The position numbers and the translations under genes are program-made. Below the pieces are notes generated by a model. That model did not search any database. It had not been told where the DNA came from and saw only the letters and a program-made list of their open reading frames with translations. A stretch of 63,884 nucleotides of DNA, filler included, from Choristocarpus tenellus KU-1152 (lineage: Eukaryota > Protista > Phaeophyceae), in assembly GCA_964200185.2 (NCBI GenBank). It is 12 parts of 12 records of this genome, joined end to end, with 100 filler letters (N's around TTAATTAATTAA, not from the genome) between each part and the next. Parts side by side here need not be neighbours in the genome. Positions count along the whole stretch, not along the records: positions 1 to 3,159 come from CAXNAD020021875.1; positions 3,260 to 6,868 come from CAXNAD020018975.1; positions 6,969 to 13,044 come from CAXNAD020009000.1; 9 more parts are not named here. One strand, 5' to 3'. This document shows, one piece after another, positions 1 to 9,541 of this stretch. Within the stretch, counting starts at the first letter, position 1, and each line of letters opens with the position of its first letter.

Positions 1-25
1 CCCCCCCTCCCGGATACTTTGGGTC
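1..25 (-). mobile_element. MITE family B, terminal fragment
   Basis: cccc...ggatactttgggtc is the reverse complement of the family B left end GACCCAAAGTATCTGGGG. Confidence 0.7.
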
Positions 26-638
26 AGAGGGCAGTTTCTTATCTATCACACGTCTCCAAGAACAAGAAGAGTATATTGTATCCACAGATACATGCTTTTA
101 ATATCGAATGGTACATTTTCTATTGTCGACTAGCGCCAATAATTTTTGTTGATCTACTGAAGAGGTAAGATCATGGAAGGATTTACATAACAGGAAAATC
201 CACATAAATACTACATACATATGGATGTAGAGTCTGAGGTAATCCTTGCTCATCAAGCAGCAATAACATAATATTCTGACATAGTCAATCAAGATTTACC
301 CAATCACATATTGACATTTTTATCCCAGTATGGTTCTCAGTTCCGTGAAGTGAGTTCCTGACAGATGACAAACTTTTTTGTGAAACATAAACGATGGGTT
401 GTCTTTGGAAGCATATTTTTACTGTGTTTATCTAAATGAACTAACCTCAGATGTCTCTTCTTCCATAGTTCTGTGATAATTGCTTATGACAGAGCGAGAC
501 AAGAGTTGTCCACAAGAAATACCTATGAATGCTTGAAAAATGGAAAGTATGTAGCCTATTCTGAACAAGTCTTAAACTTGTAGGTATTTCAGAAGAGCTT
601 GAAGACAATTTTTGTTATGAATTTCCCTTTCGTAATAG

Positions 639-1231
639 TGTTACAGGCGCCCCTCAGACACTCACCTCCACAGGATGTACAACTCAAATCCAACGACCTT
701 AAAACGACGCTACGAGGGGGGTCCACAGATGATAACCGCGTACGATGTCAGCTTGATGTTTAGCTCAGTCGATGTCTCGCTTTCGCTTTATCAAAAGAGG
801 TTCAATCAAAGAGGTCTGAGAGCGTGGTAGTCTACATCAGCCTTCTATTAGCATCATCCACCAATTTTCTACAGCCAAAGAGTTAAAAATGAAGTCTCAA
901 AACTGCTAAGTAGATACTTCAATCATGAATCTTTACTCTGCAACTTCCAGGAATTGACACCTATTCTGTAAGATTGTGTTTGAATTTCAAATCTTACTCT
1001 GCGTCTCCTATCAAAATAATCATTTATCCTGCTACCTATCTATGTGTTACTAATATCGTATATTGTTCGTACTTGTCAGAACTCGAGAAACAATCCTCAC
1101 ACTATACGTCTGTTACAAATGTTCGTATTTCCTGAAACATAAGAAGAAAATGTTCGCGCTATTCGCGTGTAACAAACGCTCGCACTTCGTTCAAATACAA
1201 GAAGAAACGCTCGTGCTATTCGCCTGTAACA
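639..1231 (+). mobile_element. Family C element (TGTTACAGGCG...CGCCTGTAACA); solo LTR or Ginger-like non-autonomous element
   Basis: 11-bp perfect terminal inverted repeat with TG...CA ends. Homologous ends at 16015, 30400-30709, 38995-39482, 48613-48680 and 51588. No clean TSD on this copy. Confidence 0.75.
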
Positions 1232-1354
1232 TATATATCCTTTTTTTATGTGTTCAGGATGGTGGCAAAGAAGAAAGGAGATGAAAGGTGCAGATGAAGA
1301 CACGGAATATGCCTTGAAGGAAGACAGTGAGTCATCAGTGGTTAAATTGGGTCA

Positions 1355-1614
1355 GAGTCAAAGTATCTAATAGGGTAGAGCCGTATCCATTTTGAGACCA
1401 ATATCCAATGTTGCGATTTTGATGTAATTTTTACTATTGTGTTTGTTAGCAAGTATCAATATCCTTGTTCCGGATACACTTTTTCATAACGTAAACATTT
1501 TACCTACTCCGAACCTTTGGAGTAGGTAAATACATGTCATACAAAAACAATGGGAAGCCAAGCCCCCAACGGATAAACAGGGCAAAACTCGTACCCTCCA
1601 AGGTACTTTCTCTC
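1355..1614 (+). mobile_element. MITE family A (~260 bp)
   Basis: Imperfect TIR gagtcaaagtatctaatagggta...taccctccaaggtactttctctc; flanked by TCA/TCA; 10 copies or fragments in the window. Confidence 0.85.
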
Positions 1615-1689
1615 TCACTTGCTGGAGGAGAAAGGCCACAATATCATGACCCACACTACTCCATAGATCTATGTTTGGAGTGTGTGAGT

Positions 1690-1860
1690 GGTATAGCATA
1701 CAACAGGGGAGGGGTAAAAGGTGCCACTAAATCAGCTCAGGCAACTGTTGAGACCTTTTCAAGGTCTAGCCAGGACAAGGAGCACTTGGAGATGTGCTGT
1801 ATGTCGAGGATTGAGCCAAAGAAAGTGATGAAGGACGCACCCTGACTCGTTAGTCATTCA
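1690..1860 (+). pseudogene. Possible hAT transposase remnant
   Basis: VETFSRSSQ..L...PKKVMKDAP followed by a frameshifted TR(W)xS, resembling the hAT DxxTRWxS motif; heavily decayed. Confidence 0.3.
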
Positions 1861-2059
1861 CTGGTTCCATCGTCAACCCCTTCCTGTATCTCAAATCTGC
1901 CATCACTCTTCACAAGGAGAACATTGATAGTCAATCACAACATATGTCGACATTGAGTGAGAAGTAAGGAGTAGGAATATGAATGCAAAACAGAAACAGG
2001 AAGTGCATTTAGGAGGAACAGAGAGAAGTCATCTGTGACCTTTCCAATATCTTGACAAA

Positions 2060-2198
2060 TAACAGCCAATTTCAAAAATTGAGGATGGAGCTTTTCATTA
2101 TTAAAAAAAATACATATCGACACTTTTTCCCAGTCAATTTTGGGTCAAGCCCATCCTCAATGAAAAGCTCCATCCTCAATTTTTGAAATTGGCTGTTA
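2060..2198. mobile_element. Small foldback/MITE with 38-bp perfect TIR and TA flanks
   Basis: acagccaatttcaaaaattgaggatggagcttttcatt and its exact reverse complement, with TA on both sides (Tc1/mariner-type TSD). Confidence 0.7.
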
Positions 2199-2539
2199 AA
2201 TGTGCAATAAATTTCTTTCGATATTTTACTTCCTCTGTCCCATACGTCTGGGCCGTTAAGTTGTAGCTATTTGGGATGACCTCCGAATACAAAACGGTCC
2301 TCGGCGTTCGATTCCTTGGAATATTTTACGTTAAAAACTATGTTTCGCCGTTCAAAACCGTCAACACACCAATCCAGGACCGTCACGGAGGTCGCTCGAT
2401 TGTTTCGTTGGCGTAAAGTCCGACCGCCGTCCAGATCGTGCTCGTGATTTCAGGGAGACAGTATTCCTCCGGTCTAACTGTTCTTTGACGCGCGCCCGCA
2501 CCCCCTGTGGTTTGGGTCTGTTGTACCATTTACAACGCA

Positions 2540-3065
2540 CAAAGTTGAATGTGCTCCAGGTTAGCTCACAACAGCTGCATGATGAAATAGACTTTGACAG
2601 AAAATGGTAGGAAACATAGAAGGGATACATCAACTGTTCAATGGCGCCACCAGGCATGCGGTGACAGTGGGGCCATGATAAGAATAAAACTTTGTGTGTT
2701 GTGTCCTTGTTTTCTCACTGCCTGAGTCCTCAAGTACATGCCTATACTACGTTCCATCCAATTAGCATATTCTTTGAAGGACCTAGCTGCATATTGGACA
2801 AAACATACAGCAAATCATTCGTACCACTTGGCTTCAGTCAGTTGTGTTTCTTGGACTGCAGAAAGTTGAATGTGCTCCAGGTTCAAATGCAACCGCTGCT
2901 GCATGCTGACAAAGACTTCGACAGGACACAGTAGGAAACACGCAAGGGGTAAGTCACCTCGTGGTCCCACAGACGCCACCATGCATTCAGCACCAGTGGG
3001 GGCATGAGCTGACTGACCCATTGTCCATTGCCTTATGTGTCTGTCTCCTCACTGTCTGAGTCCTT
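2540..3065 (+). repeat. Diverged direct duplication (~320 bp period)
   Basis: aaagttgaatgtgctccaggtt at ~2541 and ~2862, with collinear downstream blocks (ctgcatg, gtaggaaaca, cgccacca, ctcactg.ctgagtcct). Confidence 0.7.
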
Positions 3066-3086
3066 GTGCTCCTGTTGGTACTACAT

Positions 3087-3159
3087 GAGCCAAAGTATCT
3101 GAGAGGGTAGAGCCACGTCCATTTGGGGGTCAAAATGCAATGTTCCGATTTTGATGTAA
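3087..3159 (+). mobile_element. MITE family A, truncated by contig end
   Basis: gagccaaagtatctgagagggtagagccacgtccatttgggg. Confidence 0.85.
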
Positions 3160-3259
3160 NNNNNNNNNNNNNNNNNNNNNNNNNNNNNNNNNNNNNNNNN
3201 NNNTTAATTAATTAANNNNNNNNNNNNNNNNNNNNNNNNNNNNNNNNNNNNNNNNNNNN
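3160..3259. other. Artificial contig linker
   Basis: 44N-TTAATTAATTAA-44N; stop codons in all six frames; identical structure 11 times. Confidence 0.98.
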
Positions 3260-3261
3260 AT

Positions 3262-3328
3262 GCATATATATAGTTTTCATTGGTTTCCCCCCTGACAAAT
3301 CTGCAAAATGTCAGAGGGCATAATAAAA
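3262..3328 (-). repeat. Short hairpin repeat family D
   Basis: ttttcattggtttcccccctgacaaatctgcaaaatgtcagagggcataata; near-identical at 41441-41516, inverted and diverged at ~4278-4335. Confidence 0.7.
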
Positions 3329-3464
3329 TCATGTGTGATTCTGTGGCAGCGTGGTTCCCTCAGACAGGGGTGGTGAATGTTGAAACCTGAATGCGAATCA
3401 AAGTGACTAGTTTGTGACTAAGAGGTATCATAGTGCAATAAGCAATTGGTGAATTTGTTCTAGT

Positions 3465-3576
3465 GAACTTGATGTGTTTGAAAAGGTCCGAACTGCAGGA
3501 CATTGCACATTATTCTTTGATGAGTTAAGACTCCATAGCCCAGCACCACCATGGGGATCTAGTGGGGATGAACCAG
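3465..3576 (+). pseudogene. Decayed CDC48/p97-like AAA ATPase exon fragment (Walker B region of D2)
   Basis: With frameshifts reads [34 protein letters not shown], ending at a GTGAG donor; compare CDC48 [31 protein letters not shown]. Confidence 0.65.
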
Positions 3577-4277
3577 GTGAGTATTGGTATTGAAGAGAGT
3601 GCCTTTAGTTATTGGTGTACGTTTATTTGGTCGTTGAAGGGCACGTGGGATGTGCACAGATGGTGGTGACATGTTCATACATTGATATAATTATTTGTGT
3701 TGTCGTGTGGGGATATTCCTTCATTTGGTGCATGGGGGATTGTGTGGCTGTTTGAAATTCAACACGTTCTGAGGATGTTTGAACTCTAAATATATTGCAT
3801 ACAGGTATTATCAGGTACACTTAGCACAGAGTGAGTTTGATCTCTTATGAAGGGTAATGCCAGCGAAGAAAAAATAATAAATTCGTAACATACAACTAAA
3901 CACTATTGATGTGAAGAAAAGGAAAAACAAAGAAGAAACAAGGAGACAATCTTGAATCAAAATTTAAGGTAACTCATGCCACACTAAGAACAAATCAAAT
4001 GACTACTTATGTTTTAATAGTGAAGAGAATTAATTACCATGGAAGACGCACCAGACGGACTAAGACGAACCGTAACGGAGAGAACGAAGTTAAGGTTGGA
4101 CAAGTGGAAGACAGCAAGGACTTGCAGGAAATTGTGGATGTGAATCTTACGAGAGGGAGAACATCACAAAACATCAAGACATCACAACCAAGAGAATCTT
4201 TGATGTGTGACATATCGGGTTGAAGAGATATCCACTATTTTTGTGGGATTTATCTCTTGAAAGATTCCACACCTCAT

Positions 4278-4335
4278 TTATTATATTATTTTTCCCTCTG
4301 ATATTTTGTAGATGTGTCAGGAGACAAGCCAATTC
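4278..4335 (+). repeat. Family D, diverged inverted copy
   Basis: ttatattatttttccctctgatattttgtagatgtgtcaggagacaagccaat. Confidence 0.55.
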
Positions 4336-4409
4336 AATATCATTAGAACCCCTGTAAAAGTAACATTTGTCGTAAGTGTGGAAAACATCTCTAAAATATA
4401 TTTACTATT

Positions 4410-6295
4410 TGACTACCAGGTATGCTACACCACTCCCCTCCTATCCCTCCAACCTAGCTTAGCCCTACACCACAGGGCAAGGAGCTAGGGAAGCATCCCA
4501 AGAATATGACAGGCCCCTCCTTGCCCATCTCCCTGGTGTCTCCAGCTTACAACGCATGACATGTCTTGATAGAGCCACTTATGTTGTAAGAAGACACTAT
4601 CTGTCGTAAACGGGATTTGACGGCTCCTTTTTGTTGTAGCCAACCGTCCCTCTTCCCCCTACCACGTGTGTAGCCAACTCATCCAGAAACCGTTCTGCTT
4701 ACTTGCCAAGGTACACATACTTTCCACTACAAAGATATTGAGGTTGATACTACAAGGGCCAAAAGAAACCCAAAGTTGGTGCGCATTCGCACCTCAGCTG
4801 CAGCAGCAGCTTCACCATTGCTGGTGGATGAGTGGGGCAAGTGGGAGGCTGCTTGTACTTCTGCAAATGTAACACCCAGGAGGAGGCTTTTGTCTCGGTA
4901 GGGAGCTGATCCAGCGTCTGCAAGTGCCCCAGTATGGAAGACCACGTCCCTGTGAACATTCCGGTCCACTGTGAATGTGCTACCGTCCTCCATAGTGCAA
5001 GGGATGCCCATTCCATTGCAGACTTGACCTAAACACTTCACCATTGGTGTGTGTTGGCGGACTTGTCTCCCTGCCCTAGGAAAGGTACGAGCATGCCTAG
5101 TGTCCACATTTTGCCTCCTGCACCTACTCACTGGGCACCTGTTGGATAGGGCCTCCTCCCTTCCTTGGGATCTGCTGGCAGTGAGTCTGAACTCTATGGG
5201 AGCGATCAAGCGTGCCGGATCCAAGGATTGTGTGGAGGCCCACGCATTTTCACCTTGTCCACACTGGCTCCGGTGGCGGACGAGGGCTGGCGAAGAACTT
5301 TCCCTCCCTTGTTCTGTATTGTCTGGTAAATTCGTCAATTGTTTCCGGAAAGAGTAGAACCTGATCCTGTTCAGGAGATGGGTGATGTCATGTTGTGCCA
5401 TCCTTGTGATCCTGGCATCATGGGCAGCCAGAGTGTGGACCTCTGGGGCAGGTGTAGGGTTCGTTTTTCCTTTACAGGCTAACCAGCCTTGGCCAATAGT
5501 TCCTGGCAAATATTTTGAAGGGACTCCTGTCGAGAGGAGGGTGTGGATGGATGATCCTAGGGCCCTAAGTGTGGGACTCATACAGATGGCTTGTGAGGAA
5601 GACTCTCCATGATGCCGTTGTTGCCTTGCTAAAAGGGTGGCCACCATGATCCTACAAAGGCTGCATACTGATGATATTTCATAGAGGATAGCCCCACCCC
5701 CCCCGAACTTGTGGGCATCTGTGCCTGTGCTTGTTGGTATATTTCCAGGCGAAGTGATCCTTTTTCACACCTTCCTTCAAAGAAGCCAATGGCTCCCGCT
5801 GAGTCTGCTATCTCCATTATCGTCTCGAGCGTCCACAGTGAGGTGTTGCCTACTTGTTCCATGGTGGAGCGAGCCAGGTGGGGGGGAGTGACCCTTATCA
5901 AATAGCCTATGGGGGAAGAGAGGGACCATGAGTTGAGGAGCCAGGCAACTTGTTTGTCCTCCATCTCACTCAGGTGCGTGACCAGCATTTGTGACCCTTA
6001 GCTCTAGATCACCTCAGCCATGTGGGCTTGGATAAATTGATCTGTTCCCACTGGAGACCCTAGTGCAACAAAACTATTTGGGTCTGGGGCCAGGTTGATT
6101 CCCGCTGTGGCCAGAAGTTCTAGTTCTGAGGGGCGTGGACTGGTGGCCCTGGGGAGGTGAAGCAAATGTCTTGTTCATGTTGAGGGCGATGCCTACCCTG
6201 TGTAGATCAGTTTTCACCTGTTCAATAGCAGCTATTGTGGTGCAGTTAATCTCCCTTACAGAAATGGATGTGTCTGTCAAAACATAGGCTAATCA
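4410..6295 (-). mobile_element. 5'-truncated, decayed CRE-like (RLE-clade) non-LTR retrotransposon
   Basis: Degenerate RT end (LAY.xDT), AQMPTSSGGVGLS (LPxxxGGLG motif), zinc-knuckle remnant CRRQNVDTRHART, RQH..V..L, restriction-like endonuclease DVV/VTF..AAAAAE, and C-terminal FLDELATH; multiple stops and frameshifts. Confidence 0.75.
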
Positions 6296-6868
6296 TTTGT
6301 TTTTTCTTGACACGACAGAGTGCTACCAGTCCATACTGACTGTTGATTGATCCGCTGTACTAGTCGTTACTTTCACTTGCATCACTAGTTCATCATCACA
6401 ACAACATCAACTATCTTCAGAACACAGCAGTACATACGAAGTATAAGAAGAGTCGCTACCCACCACACACACACACAGGCATAATATGTGTCGCTTGAGT
6501 TGCTTCAGACAGATTCATTTTTTTTTGTGTAATTTCTTTGTTCTTGTTTTTCCCTTCCTTCTTCGTCTTAACAGCAGAAGATTCCAGTTGTATGTCGATT
6601 GCTGATTATCAATTTTCTTGGGTTGGCATTGCTTCTTTGTCAAGATTATGCTCGACCATTTGTGAGAATATGATATGAAGTATTATTTTATGTACGCACA
6701 GAAGATAATGCGGAACATTCGGGATATTTAGGCGGGGTATATGACCAGAAGTAATCGGCGGACTATTAGAGTCGGAGTGTTTCTGACGTGTACTAGAGAT
6801 ACGTTGAGTCATTTGGTATTCTGAGTCATTAAGTGTAAGGACTGGTGAGCCCCACCTAGTGAAGGTAT

Positions 6869-6968
6869 NNNNNNNNNNNNNNNNNNNNNNNNNNNNNNNN
6901 NNNNNNNNNNNNTTAATTAATTAANNNNNNNNNNNNNNNNNNNNNNNNNNNNNNNNNNNNNNNNNNNN
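6869..6968. other. Artificial contig linker
   Basis: 44N-TTAATTAATTAA-44N. Confidence 0.98.
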
Positions 6969-7143
6969 CCACCTCGCATGCCCCCATTTCCCCTCCCCCC
7001 AATGCATCCCGGTACTCTCAAGACAACGAACCCTGAGCAACGGAGAGGGAGGTTCCTCGACGAGCTGATCAGAAGATGGATTCGAACACACAAAATGGAA
7101 CATCGAATAGACAGATTCCCCTCCTCCCCTAAACACTCCACAC

Positions 7144-9362
7144 CTGGAACATCTTTCGCGGGCCGTCCATAGCACTGAAGTCGTTGGTCACCTCCAAGAC
7201 GTTAGAGTCCATATCTTTCCTGGCAACGAACCATGGGCCACGATTGACTTGTTGAACATCCAGAAGAGGACCGATACCCTTCCGCTGCCCAATTGTGTGG
7301 AACCAGAGACCACGGTGACTGCCGATCTTCTCACGAGTTCGGTAGTCAATGATCACACCAGGGGACTCTCCCAGGTAGTGCCGCAAAAAGTCATCGAACT
7401 TCAACTTCCCAAGAAAGCAGATTCCCTATACCAACCAACAGAAAGCGTTTAGGAACGAAATGCAGAGAGAACTATCTATAGCAGGCGCTACCGATAGCTG
7501 TCTGCCTACACACTGGAAAAGAAAGGAAGCGGAGGAGTGAAAAGCTGGGAGACACTTGAACCCAGAAATATAGTCTCCCCCCCCCCCCAGTCCCTCAAGG
7601 ACGTCATGCGTGCATGTTTCAAGAAATTCAATTGTACTAGAGTGTCACAACTGACATGGTGGTGATTGAGAACGCAGTACACTGCTGTCACGTTGGAACA
7701 TAAGCACATTATCTACACATCTGAGTTAGTTCCCTTGCCTGTGAGTCCTTTCGTGCCTTGGTTGGCAAGTTGTAGCCCTCAGCAAGGTCTCGTATCTGAG
7801 CTTTGGTGTAGGCACCGATTGGAAACATAGCTTTCCTGAGCTGTTCTTGAGTCAGTGCACAAAGAAAGTAGGTCTGATCCTTCACCTCATCGGGACTGCA
7901 CAATAGTCGCGCCTGTCCAACCCCACCCCCTTCCCCATGAACGCCTGCACCAAGCACCATGCGTGCATAGTGTCCTGTTGCAACTCGGCTAAAGTGCTTT
8001 CCAATCAGGTTGTAAAACATCCCGAACTTTATCCTGCTGTTGCACATAACGTCAGGATTGGGTGTGCGCCCTTCGCGAGCCTCCTTCACCGTGTAAGCCA
8101 CAACGTGGTCCCAATACTCCTTCTGGAGGGGCACCACCTCAAGGGGCACGCCGACCTGCTCACAAACTGCTGTTGCATACATGAGGTCTTCCTCCTGAGT
8201 GGTGTTGGGAACGAGGAGGAAGAAAGTATGCCAAGGGGGTCAGGAGTAGTGCATGGAGTGGGGAAGAATTTTTCGAGTAACTGTCAGCTTCTCACAGTGG
8301 GTGCCAGCCAAAGAGATGCCTCTAGAAAGGTTCGCCGTTCCTGGAGATAAGCCAACTACAATGAGACCACCTAGAGTGTTGGTGCCCCAAAGCTCTCACC
8401 CATGGGCATTCTCCCAAGTGTGCAAGTTCGTCTTCTAGCCATATCTTGAGGTAGAAAGCCCGAGGTCGATAGCCCTGGTCCAATAGTAGTCTCAGGGCCA
8501 CAGACGAGTCTACGCCTCCTGACAGGAGAACTGCCACCTCCTTGTCATCTGTAGGGTTGGGCTGTGCTCCCCAAGAGCGATTCTCGTCACCTTGTATGGC
8601 ATTTTCTCCGTCCACGAGCAACTGTGCGACTTTTGCATTGTGGGATACACCCGAATCGCCAAACTTGGTACGTGAAGTCATCTTCCTTCGAACCTGTTCT
8701 TGGATCACATGTAAGAGATTTCCCAGGCCGTTGATTCTACTTTCTGTAAGACCAGCCCTAAGACCCACAGCATTCGCTAAGATTTTTCCATCGATCCCTA
8801 GGACGGTTGTTGGGCTCTCTCCACTCAGGGTGTTCGCTAACAGTGCCAGGATCCCCCGCGACAAACGGGCATCCGCTGCCCCGCGGACGTTGACTACCTC
8901 CCCCCCCTCCTTATCTGCGGCCGGTTCCACATCGACCGTAACGTAGACTTCAGCCACGCATCCTGGTACCCTGTGCGCGACTGATATTGCGCCTGGAGCA
9001 GGTAAGTCGATTCCTCGGTCACTCCTCGAGAAGACGTCTCCTAGCTGTACCAACAGGGCACTACGATCCCTCAAGTCGGGAGCTTCGCACAAGCGGTCCA
9101 CAGCCTCCTGAAGGCGAAGTGGAAGCGGCAACCCAACCGTAGCATCCGTCTCTCCAAAAGTCCCCCTTAAGCATGACCTCGGCCGTTTGCGTGCAGAGGC
9201 AGCACTAGGTGACTGAGCCTCGAGGTAGCTCACGTAATTTGTGCCTCTTACACAATGTTCTCTCCTATTTGCGCGGGACGAAGAAGTTCCAGAGATTGGA
9301 GGAGCAAAGCTATAGCCCCCTGCAGCCAGGAACGCGGCCATAGCCGCTCGTATTGCAACCAT
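7144..9362 (-). CDS. mnmA: SufE-MnmA fusion: plastid-targeted tRNA-specific 2-thiouridylase with N-terminal SufE domain; exons 9362-8400, 8194-7739, 7425-7144; 3' end cut off by contig end
   Basis: SufE motifs HRVPGCVAEV, ADARLSRGILALL, LTESRINGLGNL. MnmA motifs SGGVDSS, YLKIW..CPW|EEDL, TPNPDVMCN..IKF, ATGHYA, KDQTYFL, KDSQ|GICFLG, TIGQRKG. All junctions are phase 0 and rebuild the motifs. Alternative in-frame ATGs at 9395 and 9497. Confidence 0.92.
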
Positions 9363-9541
9363 CTTCAACCAAGAAAACACTCTGAAAGTCCTCATTACAC
9401 ACAACTCAAGCATGTACCGACCGATGTTTTTGTCGAAGCGCGAACCGTCGGTCGAAGAAACGGTGTGGAGATAGTGTAATATAATTCCATGTCTCATCTC
9501 AAAACAGATCTAGACCTACCAACTATAACAAGGACACCAAA

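Noticed and set aside
2250-2330. GTTCGATTCC T-loop-like motif as a tRNA or SINE head
   Set aside because: No cloverleaf or A box can be built
8322-8399. C-terminal tail VRALGH... of the 391-aa ORF
   Set aside because: Intron read-through after the CPW|GTGAGA donor
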